Source of the DNA: Sphaerodactylus townsendi
Taxonomy: Eukaryota
Length of the DNA stretch: 64,000 nt
Reading direction: 5' to 3'
NCBI RefSeq assembly: GCF_021028975.2
Contig: NC_059429.1
Span: 78,740,001-78,804,000 of the forward strand
The translations under genes were made by a program, and so were the position numbers. Of this stretch, positions 25,296 to 36,974 are shown one piece after another. How positions within the stretch are numbered: position 1 is the stretch's first letter; every line of letters starts with the position of its first letter. The notes under the pieces were generated by a model, which worked only from the letters and a program-made list of their open reading frames with translations, made no database searches and had not been told where the DNA came from.

Positions 25296-25599
25296 GCTTA
25301 CAAGGAGAACTTCAAACCCTTCCTTCTAGCCTGAAGGGCAATTCTAACAGACTGAAATAAAGTTCTATGCAAACGTTAGAGGCAGCAAGTGGATGCGGTC
25401 TGGTAGGGATTTGGATATGTAGCTGTCTGGCTGGTATTTAGGAAAAAGAACTGAACATTGTGGAAGAGCCAAGGAACAATGCAGAAAACAAAGGGAAAAG
25501 CACAGCGGCACCAGACTAGGCTAGCCATGGTTTAGCTACTAGGGATGGATTGTAAGTTTACATGTTGAATTCTCCATGTCTACCCTAACCATGATTTGG

Positions 25600-27005
25600 C
25601 ATAATGTATAACCAACATTCCTGAAGAGTTTAAAGATCATATAAAGAACAGATTTACATTACTAAGTTCAAGTGAACATGAGCCAGAAGAACTGTGGGTT
25701 GAAACCAGAGATACTAACAAGGAAGAAGGCACAAAGACTATTCCTGTGGTCAAAAAAGCCTTCATGGGTGATTCATTGCTAAACACAGATGAGAAGCAAA
25801 AGTAAAAGGTGACAAAGACAGTCAGAAAGCTAAATACAGTATTCCAGTGACTAGCATGTAGAGACAAAGAGCACTATTATAATAACCAGTGTAAGGAAGA
25901 CAACAACAAAAAAGGGGAAAAAGTAATATGTTCCACAAAATCCAAGTGGGAAATTTAAAGCATGGTTAGGTATGCTGAAAATTCAACATGGAAATACATT
26001 AATGGAACAGGACAAAATACAGAAAATATGGCAACAATAAACTGAAAAACTATACATAAGAGATGAAAGTATGACACATTCCTTCCAAGAAGAAAATTTT
26101 GAAGAAAATGCACAGTTTAGAAAGTGAAGTAAAAGCTACACTGAGAACAACTGGGAGAAACAAATCACTAGGAGCAGATGTAGGATATCAATAGAGCTAA
26201 TCCAAGCCAAAGAAATAGAGTATTATTAACAAAAATATCCCAGCAACTATGGGAAAAAAACACAATGGACCACAGACTGGAAATGATCAATTTACATTCC
26301 AGCTCTGACAAAGGAGACACCAAAGACTGCTGCAACCATTGGACCATCACATTTATTTGTCGCATCAGTAGAATGATGCTAAAAATCTAACAATGAAGAT
26401 TGTTACCATATATGGAGTGAGAAATGCCAGATGTCCAAGTAGGATTCAGAAAAGGAAGAGGCACTAGAGATCAAATTGTACATTTATGTTGGTTACTGGA
26501 ACATATGAGAGAATTTCAGAAGAAAATCAGCTTGTGTTTCAACCAAGATCAAAATAATTCATACCATAGTATTCCCTATTACTATGGATGAGTGTAGAAG
26601 TTGAGCAATGAAGACAACTGATTGGAAGAAAGTAGATTCCTTTGAAATGCAGTGTTAGAGGGGAGCTTTACAAATACTGTCGATCACCAAAAAGACAAAT
26701 AAATGGGCTGTAGATCAAATCAAATCTGAACTCTTCCTAGAAGCTAAAATGACTAAACTGAAGCTATCATACTATAGATTCAGTCATATTATGAAATACA
26801 AGAGTCACTGGAAAAAATATTAATGCGAGGAAAACTTGAAGGCACCAGGAAAAAAAGAAATGAGATTGATTGATTCAATAAAGCAAACCATGGCCCTCAG
26901 TTTGCAGGACCTGAGCAAAGGTGTTAACAACAGGATGTTTTGGAGGTCATTAATTCATATAGTCAACATAAGCTGGTAGCGATTTGATGGCACTTAAACA
27001 CAACA
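25600..27005 (+). mobile_element. Degraded RTE/BovB-like LINE fragment
   Basis: Decayed RT coding motif gaaatgccagatgtccaagtaggattcagaaaaggaagaggcactagagatcaaatt (EMPDVQVGFRKGRGTRDQI) at ~26420-26480; RTE-like 3' end at ~27000; many stops and frameshifts; boundaries approximate. Confidence 0.78.
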
Positions 27006-27456
27006 TAACCATTGCTACTTATCATTAAGGGTGCTTGAAACTCCTGTCCAGAAATTCAACAGACATATCAAAACTCGGAGAAACACGGAAATGTAACATG
27101 GGGCGATCGTGCACACAGTCTTTGCGGCGTAGTGGAGGCCAGTGTCCACCACAGCAAGGTTTCTTGTATGGACGGATTTTCTGAAGCCCCGATTTCACTT
27201 TCCACTTATAGAATGTTTTAAATCTTGCTTCACCACCAGAGCAGGACAGATTTGCAAGTGGGCACAGTTTTGCCCTGGACCTCTTTCCTCCACCCATGGC
27301 CAGTCTTCCCACGCCCTCGTAGGCTTTGCTGCATGCTGTGGACTGCCTTCTTGCATGTAAACAGAGAAATGCAAGGAGAGCCCACAATGAGCTATCTGTG
27401 GGGAGAACAGACTTGGCGCGTGAGTAATGGGTCATGGAGAGTTTCTGACTACTTAC

Positions 27457-27637
27457 GTGAGGGTGCGAATGCATTTTGCAGAGTCCCGGATGTCCCACAC
27501 TTTGATGTAAGAAGTAGAGACTGTGAATACCAGGCCAGAGTGGCTGCTGTATTTTATGGAGACTACATTGTTTGGATGTCCTTTCAAAGAGGCAATTTCC
27601 TGGCCAGTCACTAAGTTCCACATTTTGCAGCTCCGAT
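27457..27637 (-). CDS. KIF21B: KIF21B exon ~30, WD40 ([25 protein letters not shown]...[16 protein letters not shown])
   Basis: gttaag|AT ... TCAC|gtaagt; 181 nt, phase 1 to 2; not shown in this frame in the ORF track. Confidence 0.94.
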
Positions 27638-28195
27638 CTTAACAAATAAGGGAAGACTTAAATTATGTCAGTGTTGATCCTTATAATAGGTAACAAGATA
27701 TCTCAACAGAATGCTTATTTGTCTAATGCATTTGTAAAATGTGAACATACAGTATACTGCAGATGGACAATTTTTATTCGATCAATAGCCCCTAGAAACA
27801 AAGCTACTAACTTTGAACATTCTAACGGATGCATATATTTTTTTCATACAAAGATGCGGTATTAACAGATATGCATTACTGGTTGTCATCCAATACCTTT
27901 GCCATACTGAAATATAATATGTCTTCTTAGGGTGTGTGAATGAGAGCCTCCTCATACTGGAACATGTATCTGAACATGCCTTATATATATTATATATATT
28001 CAGAACCAACTACTGCAATTCATGGTAGAAAACTTATTTTTCAGCTCAGAATCACTTTCTTAAACTTCTTTTCTCTCTAGGATGAAGACGACAGATTAAC
28101 TGTATTTTTACCAGTGAGTCAAGAAAGGTTGCGGGGTGGGGGGTGAGGGGTAAGGGTAGTGATTTTGAATGGGTTTTTTTTAATGGAGACAAAGT

Positions 28196-28332
28196 CAGTG
28201 GTGGGATTCTGCCTATTCGCACCTATTTGATAGAATCGGTAGCTAATTTTTTGTCTAGTTCAGAGAACTGGTGTAATCCCACCACTGAGTCCTTTCGGAA
28301 CCGGTTGTTAAATTATTTGAATCCTACCACTG
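28196..28332. mobile_element. 137-bp hAT MITE
   Basis: 8-bp TSD GACAAAGT (28188-28195; 28333-28340); TIRs CAGTGGTGGGATTC / CAGTGGTAGGATTC. Confidence 0.88.
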
Positions 28333-29259
28333 GACAAAGTCATATATTTCTGCCTGTCATGTGTAGTGTGGCCCTGATGTGCCAGACTCCCTCACTGGCC
28401 TTGGTTAAATTCAAGACTAATTTAAACATTACAACCCACACAAGGAGGCTGCCAAAAAACCAAGGCCAAGGTCACCTAGTAAGCTTCCATGGCAAAGTGA
28501 GGATTTCAACTTGGATTGCCTAGATCCCCACTACAGTGCTGACCCATGGCCAACCTCTGTGCAGAAGGCACAATATTTATATGCCTTTTATCTCAAGGTA
28601 ACCGCTCAAGTGCATACAGGTACTGGCGTGAAAGTACTACATGCACTTTGGGCTAATGTGTGGCACTATTTTTTTAATTAAGTTTTATTTACACTGGGGT
28701 TCTTTTTTTCTTTTGGCTGATGTGGGACATTAAGATGATTTTATGTGATGCCGTCATATCAATGTCACCAAAAGAAAACACTTTTCTTTTTTTTCTGCCA
28801 AAAGGCTTTATTTATCTTAATTATAAAATGGCAAAAAGAATCCCCAGAAATATGACAGACCCATCATTTGGGCCAAGCCTTTGCTCTCTCATGAGAGCTC
28901 CTTACATACCTCCCCCATTGCCAGCCACTTCAGGTGGGAAGTGAGTCAATTTCCGTACATATTCACATCTCATACTTTTATACACTTACAAATACATGCG
29001 ACTAAGTAGAATGTTGGGTACAGTCAGTCTCTTGGATGCTGACCCACACATTCAACCATTTTAACCGGTGGGGGCACCTACAATTATCTTCTGTCCTAGA
29101 ATGGAGAACTATCCTTAGAGTGCAGCCTCTTCTAGGACTTCCAGGGTTCCAAAGGTTCAAATTGGTAGTGCACACATGTTAAAATAGAGCCAACCGTTAT
29201 TATAGAACAGCAAAAGCCTTATCTCTTTAGCCCAAATACCAGAGAAAGGAGACACTAGA

Positions 29260-30954
29260 TTCCATAATCTCATCCTCATCTTCTTACAACCCTACTGTGG
29301 AAAAAAAGTCTCATTCTGCAATCTTACACATATTTTCTGCAGAAAACACTTTTCAACAACTCCCACATATTGTGTGTGTTTAAATCAATGCTAAGCTATC
29401 AGAAGCAACCTGTTCCATTTTACAAACGTACCTTTGGATCCAGTGAATAATAATTCATCAGTAGCATCTAGGCACAGAACCGGCTTGGTGTGACCTTCTG
29501 CCACAGAGATGCATTGCAGTGGGGATGTGCGGGCACCCCTGGAACCTCCCACAGGATTAATGATGCCCCTTGTATGGGAGAAAGAGACAATGACTGAGAG
29601 AGGCATTTTGCAGCTGGAGCAAACTGATTTCCTAAGAGTGTCCTGTCATGCACCGGGGAATTCACACTGCTTAGGAGACATGGCTTGCTAGCAGCCCAAC
29701 CCACAACAAGCATCAAGAAAAAGAAAGGTAGGCAGGTGCATGCAACATCAGGCTGAAGAGCAGTTCATACTATTCTATGCACAATCTTTAGCATTACAAA
29801 AAAAGAGGTTTAATGTTCTACACTGGTTTTATGCCAATCTGTAAACCGATCCACTCACTCTGATGTGTATATTGAACATGGGAATTTTCCCCTAGATTTA
29901 TATAAACTATTCTGAGCTGTTATATTTTCAATTGCTATTTTGCTTCTGAAAGGGTAATAGAAACCTGTCTTCTCCATTCCAGGTCAGGATGCAATTCAGC
30001 ATACTTTTATTCGGTACCCTAGAGAACCCTCCCTGTATTCTAGACAGAGCTCCATCTTCAGTAGTCCATGAAATAAGGGCACCACCCAGTGGCCAGCATG
30101 GAGCTATTTTCTTCCAGCTCCATTTTACCCCAACAATATGTAATACATTTTCTGAGTTGAATACAAAGTCCAGAGAATAAAACAATTTACCTAGAGTCAT
30201 GCTTGATTAATTAAGAACTGGCTTCATAAAGGCAAATTGTCCAAAGGAATTTAAAAAGCATTTGGAGCCTAGGCATGATGGACCCTCAGTCTTCAATGCC
30301 CAGTCTGCTGCTGGTTTTTAAGCATATGGACCTAAAGGCAGAGGTTAACCAACTGCCTTCTTTCATTTCTGAGTCCTACCAGCAAAATATAAAGAGCCCT
30401 GGTAGCAGACTGATCTTTCTGCTAGAAAATGCAAAGAGTATGGCTTTGGCTGGCATTGCACAGCTTTACTGCTTGAAAAGCTTCTGAAAGTTCATTGCAA
30501 TGGAAGAGAGTAAAAAAAACAGAGGACAGACTCTCAAAACAACCGCTGTGGGATCCTATCAGATGCCAGCAAGAGTGGAGTTCATCATCATCCCTCTGTG
30601 CATGTGTGTCTGCATGTTTGCCTGATGAGGATTTTCTAACCCAGAACTGACCAGGCAAAAAATTCAACCACCCTTCCAAAACACTAACATCTCTTCGACA
30701 TGAATAGAGATTGAGCATTTTACAAATTCTGCAGATTCCTGTGTCTGTCTTTTGGACACCGATCTTTGGCCTATCATATGAATATATCCACCACTTCCAT
30801 AATCTCATCCTCATCTTCTTCCAACCCTACTGTGGAAAAAAAAGTCTCATTCTGCAATCTTATACATATTTTCTGCAGAAAACACTTTTCAACAACATCC
30901 ACATATTGTGTGTGTTTAAAGCAATGCTAAGCTATCAGAAGCAACCTGTCCCAT
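29260..30954. repeat. Pair of ~160-bp direct repeats (29260-29418 and 30795-30954) flanking KIF21B exon ~29
   Basis: ttccataatctcatcctcatc...gctatcagaagcaacctgt(t/c)ccat; about 6 differences by eye. Confidence 0.93.
29432..29568 (-). CDS. KIF21B: KIF21B exon ~29, first WD40 repeat (GIINPVGG...[22 protein letters not shown])
   Basis: tacaag|G ... AAAG|gtacgt; 137 nt, phase 2 to 1. Confidence 0.94.
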
Positions 30955-32306
30955 ACATGCACTTGAAAGTCAGTAGGGTTGTTCTAATTAAGACGCTTTG
31001 CTTCAACAAAGCCAGCTAAATGATGCCATCAGAGGGATTTAAACCAAGCAGGAAATAACACTTAGAAACAAAGCCCATTAGCAGTAAAATAAAGGATTGG
31101 AACATGACAATTTCTAAAGCCACAATGGGGGTAATGACCCGGATGCAGCAATAGTGCAAACGGAGGTTCAAGAAGCATCTTCTCAGCACTGTGAACTGTC
31201 AAGAAGAATGTTCTTCAGAAAACCTGTACAAGTCCAGGCAATATGGGAACAGCAGCCCTGAAAAGAAAAAGGCCACCTGCCTTCTTCACAAACTTCCTGG
31301 CTGTGTTTAACTGATTCTTATGGTGTCATGAAGCTAAAAGCAGGAGAAGCTCGGCCTATAGGCTTCTTCCCCTTTACATGGTTATGGTAGAATCTGAATT
31401 TTGTTTACATTCAATATGTGCAAAAGAACAGAAGGCCATTTCAGTCCAGCACAGTACAGCTTTAGCACAAGACCGAAGGAACAGAATGTAGTCTATTATT
31501 CTGCACTCAGACTTTTCAAATTCTGCTACAGGAATAATCACAATGTGAGTGTAGAATGCATCATGAAAATTAGGCAAATGTGCATGCATTCAGTCTGTAT
31601 AACAAAAATGATTAAAGAGGAGAGTTAGACTTCTGGACTTAAATACTCCATTGGGAAGGTGACCTGAGCACTGAGAACACTATGGTGCATGGAAGCAGGC
31701 CTGTCCAAGACTTAGAAAGGTCAGGAAGCTGCAAATTGTGAAGAAGTTCTTGACCATCATGAAGCTGGAACTGCCTGAACATTTCCAATCCTTTTTTGTT
31801 GCCATAAGGCCAAAAAACTACTCAAGATTCTAAAATGCATTCCACCATTTAAAAGCTGAATTAGTTCCTGCAATATTACCCCAGTGTTAGGAGCTAACAA
31901 TATGCATTGATAACAACTATTTCAGACTGGTAGGTCCTAATCATCAGTGGTTTTGAAATATGTAACAGCAGATGATGTGGCTGGCCCAGACCAGCTAATG
32001 TGCAACTTCTCCAGGCTTTCAGAGCAGCCATGCTAACGTGGTGCTTGGCTGTGTGACCAGAGATTGCTGGCATTACAGTTGAAAAGTATAGGAGCAGCCA
32101 CAGGTGGCCTGAGTAGTGAGCCTGATGGAACATTCTACTAGCCACCTGGGAAGAAGACACAAATCAGGTGCTCAGCAAACAGGAATGGCACAAGGAAAGA
32201 AACACCACACTGGGTTTGGTTGCATGCAGGTTTTCTATGCAGGCAAGGGCAGGAATAAGAAATAGGAAGGCAAGAAGAGTTATATAATAAATAGTAAGTT
32301 TTATAC

Positions 32307-32345
32307 CTCAGCACCTCCGAGACAGAGGAGTCACTGTCATCAGAC
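32307..32345 (-). CDS. KIF21B: KIF21B exon ~28, 39-nt cassette (SDDSDSSVSEVL)
   Basis: ccctag|G ... TGAG|gtataa; 39 nt, phase 2 to 2; matches human SDDSDSSLSEVLR segment as recalled. Confidence 0.88.
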
Positions 32346-33423
32346 CTAGGGACAGAAAATTAGCAGGATTATGGGTAATTAAAACCAGGAGAAGGAAAGG
32401 CAGCAGCAAAGTCAGAAAAGGGGAAGGTGGTTATTGCATCCAAGCTAGCAGGGCAGACAGGGGATAGCAGACCATAGACAGAAAGGGATCAGGAGCAGAG
32501 GAGGCAGGAGCAGAAACCTTCGTGCACTAACCATTTCACCACTTAGGAAGTTTATCTTCTCAGTTTTAAGGACCAGAAACTTGATTTTTAAAAAAACAAA
32601 AAACAAACAGAGATTCTTGGTATCCCACAGTCTGCAAGTCATCCAAATTCTTTCACCCATTTGGCTCTTGGGCAGAAGGAGAGACCACACACAATCCTGG
32701 GAGTGCCTAGGCAGGGCTCCTGGGGAGCTCTGGGTGGCCTAGTTCTAAGCAACGTTGCAGCTTCCGTGTCTCAGGCAGAGGCCTGGAAATGCTGGTCGTT
32801 CTGCAGAAGACACAGTGGAGACTGCTCCTGTCAGCTTGGTCCTCAAACAGGTGCTTGTAATACCATATCTGTTCCTTTAAACTCAGGGGCTTATGTTACA
32901 TACATCCATTGTTCTCATTAAAAATGCAGCCACTTTGCAACCGCTGTGCTACCTGGGAGACACTGTCAGAAAGTCCTCTGGACAAAAAGACTTTACAGAT
33001 TCAAAAGCAGGCAACTTGAGGTTTGGAAGGCAGGACCTGCGTGGCCCTTCTTATGGACTGACATAGGTTCCCTGCACACAGGTTACTTGCCCCAACTTGG
33101 ATGTTATTAGGAAGTGATTTTTCTTCTGTTTCCCTCCAGAACTATGGTTCTTCCAAGCACCTCTCAGCTTTTTCCCCAGTCTTTCTGTGACCTTTCCCAA
33201 GCCAGTTTTGCAGCAATATTTTGGGAAAGATCACAGAAAAGCACCCAGATTTTCTGAGAGCCACTCATATCACCACTACAGTCTCTGCCCCAGTTGTTCA
33301 TGGCCATTTCCCTTGCCACTGGAAGGCTTTAAAATAAACTATCCACTGAATATCATGATCATGTTATAACGTCGTAACAATCTGCCATGTTCTCTTAATT
33401 CCCAGCTTTATTTTTTAAACTAA

Positions 33424-33564
33424 GGCTCATTCCGCACCTGCAGAATAATGCACTTTCAAACTGCGTTCAATGCTCTTTGAAGCTGTGCGGAATGGCAAAA
33501 TCCACTTGCAAACAGTTGTGAAAGTGGTTTGAAAACGCATTATTTTGTGTGTGCGGAAGGGGCC
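33424..33564. mobile_element. PIF/Harbinger-like MITE (141 bp)
   Basis: 3-bp TSD TAA; GGC-starting TIRs; related copies 41686-41826 and 52556-52692. Confidence 0.8.
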
Positions 33565-33635
33565 TAAGTTTCTAGCCCCTTTCATTCTGGTGATATGACT
33601 TTCCACGTGTATCTCTGCAACAACAAAGGCTAGAG

Positions 33636-33770
33636 CAGGGGTCTGCAACCTGCGGCTCTCCAGATGTTCATGAACTACAATTCCCATCAGCCCCTGTCAG
33701 CATGGCCAATTGGGGCTGATGGGATTTGTAGTCCACGAACATCTGGAGAGCTGCAGGTTGCAGACCCCTG
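33636..33770. mobile_element. 135-bp palindromic hAT (Charlie-like) MITE
   Basis: 8-bp TSD GGCTAGAG both sides; TIR CAGGGGTCTGCAACC; almost fully self-complementary. Confidence 0.92.
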
Positions 33771-34575
33771 GGCTAGAGACTTCTCTCTCTCTCTCTCTCC
33801 CCCTCCCCCCGCCCCCCAAAATCCTGGGAATTTGAAGACCTGACAGTCAGATTGCCATTGCATTATAATGACAGTACATTGTTGTAAAAATATCCCTGAA
33901 ATGCCCCTGGTAGCATGGGAACGGCAAGAACTGGGAAACTGAAGGGAAGCCTGCCTTATGGAAACCCTGCTGCTGCTGGGCTGAATTAGCTCAGTGTTTC
34001 CATAGCAACCGGGGGAAGACCACACAAGCCCATTCCCATGTGGAAAACACCATGGCGTTAAGTAACTGGAAACACTGAGCTGCTCATAGTTTTCTACTTG
34101 CTATGCTGGAGAAGAAGATTAGGCTCACCCCACCCCACCCAGCCAATGTTAAAATCTGAGCAGGCAGAACACCACATAGACTGCAGACAGGATCTCCCCA
34201 CTGCTCCATCAATAAACCCTTTTTCTGATATACTTGAAAAGAGGGGCAACAGTGAGGCTCCTGGTGTTTTTTGGTCATAAGTTCTGACAAAGGCAACTGC
34301 AGTGGGAGGAGGCCTAAGGTCAGAAGCCTTCGTGAGACTGTGGCTTGCAATGCTAAGAACACATTTCTAGGAGGAAGTCCCTTTGAAGATAATGGAACTT
34401 GCTGCTGAGCAGACTGGCTTCAGATTTCTTCCTGTGTTACTCAGGCTCTTTCCATAGTCCATGTACCCTTATCTCTAATTATCCAAGCTAGTGGCAAAGG
34501 CAAACAGTTACCTCCAGGAAAAATGGGGATAAGTGCAATATTATATACTACCAAAGGTTGAGAAAACATGAAGTT

Positions 34576-34652
34576 CAATTGGCCATGCAGGCAGGGGCTG
34601 ATGGGAATTGTAGTCCATGAACATCTGGAGAGCCACAGGTTGCAGGCCCCTG
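34576..34652. mobile_element. Single arm plus loop of the 135-bp hAT MITE
   Basis: caattggccatg...aggttgcaggcccctg; other arm absent. Confidence 0.82.
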
Positions 34653-34916
34653 TTCTAGAACTAGGTAGAAAGCAGGGTGTGACTGGAAGACATGTGCACT
34701 CATAGGGTGCAGCAGCAGTGGATCCTGTTCTTCCACTGGCACCTGGCACCAGATCCTGATGCCCTCCAGTGTGGGCACCATCTTCCCCCCCTTCAACAGC
34801 AATAGCTGGAGTCTTTCCTGTGACCTATCATGTGAGCTATACGTAACACTCAGTTTCACTTATTTTTGCTGCTGTGAACTGATATCATCCTTCCCTAATC
34901 TCACAATTGGTCTTAC

Positions 34917-35030
34917 TTGTCCAGTGCTGAGCCCTGGCTCTGGTTGCTGGTGAGGCGGGAGAAGACATTACGGTCATTGCGTGGCCTGCTGGGAGGAGAT
35001 GAGGGGGGAGTGAATCCAACATCTGGAGTC
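34917..35030 (-). CDS. KIF21B: KIF21B exon ~27 ([37 protein letters not shown])
   Basis: acccag|G ... ACAA|gtaaga; 114 nt, phase 2 to 2. Confidence 0.93.
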
Positions 35031-35204
35031 CTGGGTGAGAAAGAAAGACGCAAAGGGTTTCACTGATGGCAGATTCATTCTGTCCCTGGACTTTCCTGTG
35101 CCCATATGCTCCTAGTCAGATCTTGCAGCATCAAGCAATTCATCCTTGAATCAATGGCAAAATGGAAGCACTGCTGTCAAAACACTTGCACCGCACGCAC
35201 TCAC

Positions 35205-35279
35205 CTGATAGGCTGGCCCCGGTCGTAGGATTTCCTCCTTGTGAGGGGTGACGTGTCTGAGCCACGGGATTGCCTAGGG
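35205..35279 (-). CDS. KIF21B: KIF21B exon ~26 (FPRQSRGSDTSPLTRRKSYDRGQPI)
   Basis: ctaac...cttccag|C ... TCAG|gtgagt; 75 nt, phase 2 to 2. Confidence 0.93.
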
Positions 35280-35791
35280 CTGGAAGAAGAGTTGGTTAGT
35301 TTCCAAAGATAAGCTCCTTTGTTTTGAACATTATCCATCTGGTTCTCAGAGCAGTTACCACTATTTTGCAGTGCACAGAGCTTCATCACTGTTATGAGCT
35401 TCTCTGAAAGTGCCTTCATATCAAAATCTTTTAACTTGTCAACATCAAGAAGACGGCTAGGGTAGAACCATTCTTCCTGCAGATGATAGCTTTGCATGGG
35501 CAGAAAGAATGCAGTCTTTCACATTTTTATCTTGCTCAAGATGCTCAGAATGGCATGCTCTTGTTCACTTTATCTATACCCCAAGGTTGTAAGGTAGGTT
35601 GGTTTGAGAGAGAATTATGGGCCCAAGTCTATTCTGCTTCAGGCTGAGTGGAGGATTTGAACTTACGTGGGCCCACTCTCAGTACTCTCAATTCTGCATA
35701 TTACATGGCACTGGTTCTCTCCCCTAGAAGATAATCCCCTAAGTGAATTATTAAATAATACAAGCCTTTGGGGGAAGATACCAAGTGATAC

Positions 35792-36728
35792 CAAGTGGGC
35801 TAAGAAATGGCAAATGCAGTTCAATGTAGCAAAATGTAAAGTGATGCACATAGGGGCAAAAAATCCAAACTTCATGTACACGCTACAGGGGTCAGTGCTA
35901 TCAGTCACAGACCAGGAAAGGGATTTGGGTGTCTTAGTTGATAGTTCCATGGGAATGTCAACTCAATGCATGGCAGCTGTGAAAAAGGCAAACTATGCTG
36001 GGGATCATTAGGAAAGGAATTGATAATAAAATTGCAAAGATTGTCATGCCTTTATATAAAGCAGTGGTGTGACCATCCTTGGAGTACTGTGTTCAGTTGT
36101 GGTCACCACATCTCAAAAAGGATATCAAAGAGATAGAAAATGTACAGAGAAGGGCAACAAGGATGATTGAAGGATTGGAGCACCTTCCTTATGAGGAGAG
36201 GCTGAAGCATTTGGGACTCTTTAGTTTGGAGAGGAGACATCTGAGGGGGGATATGATTGAAGTCTATAAAATTATGCATGGGGTAAAAATGTTGACAGAG
36301 AGACATTTTTCTGTCTTTCTCACAATACTAAAACCAGGGAGCATACACTGAAAATGCTGGGGGGAAGAATTAGGACAAATAAAAGGAAACATTTCTTTAC
36401 GCAATGCGTGATTGGTGTTTGCAATATGCTGCCACTGCCAATATGCTGCCAGGTGGTGATGGCCACTAACCTGGATAGCTTTAAAAGGGGCTTGGATAGT
36501 TTTATGGAGGGGAAGTCGATCTTTGGCTACCAATCTTGATCCTCATTGATCTGAGATTGCAAATGCCTTAGTAGACCAGGTGCTTGGGAGCAGCAGCAGC
36601 CGAAGGCCATTGCTTTCCCATCCTGCCTGTGAGCTCCCAAAGGCACCTGGTGGGCCACTGCGAGTAGCAGAGTGCTGGACTAGATGGACTCTGGTCTGAT
36701 CCAGTAGGCTTGTTCTTATGTTCTTATG
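35792..36728 (+). mobile_element. 5'-truncated CR1 LINE (ORF2 C-terminus plus 3' UTR)
   Basis: [72 protein letters not shown]; frameshifts and stop; (TTCTTATG)n tail. Confidence 0.93.
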
Positions 36729-36839
36729 ATACTTGCTAAATATTTGAAGTAGCTCTCATTACCACTCCTCATATGTGACTGAAAACATTATTTTAGCACT
36801 CCTGGTCTTCACACAGCTGCCAGGCTGGATGTTTTAGCC

Positions 36840-36974
36840 CAGGGGATTGCAACCTGCGGCTCTCCACATGTTCATGGACTACAAATCCTATCAGCCCCTG
36901 CCAGCATGGCCAATTGGGGCTGATGGGATTTGTAGTCCATGAACATCTGGAGAGCTGCAGGTTGCAGACCCTTG
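36840..36974. mobile_element. 135-bp palindromic hAT MITE, second full copy
   Basis: 8-bp TSD TTTTAGCC (36832-36839; 36975-36982). Confidence 0.92.

Noticed and set aside
27025-27645. 206-aa minus-strand ORF
   Set aside because: Overlaps KIF21B exon 30 in a different frame and runs into an old repeat; no recognisable protein
31274-31375. Possible extra KIF21B cassette exon between exons 28 and 29
   Set aside because: Candidate AG/GT pairs give in-frame stops and no homology; cannot be supported without RNA data
35667-36539. CR1 ORFs as an active or domesticated gene
   Set aside because: 5'-truncated with frameshifts and a premature stop; ordinary dead copy
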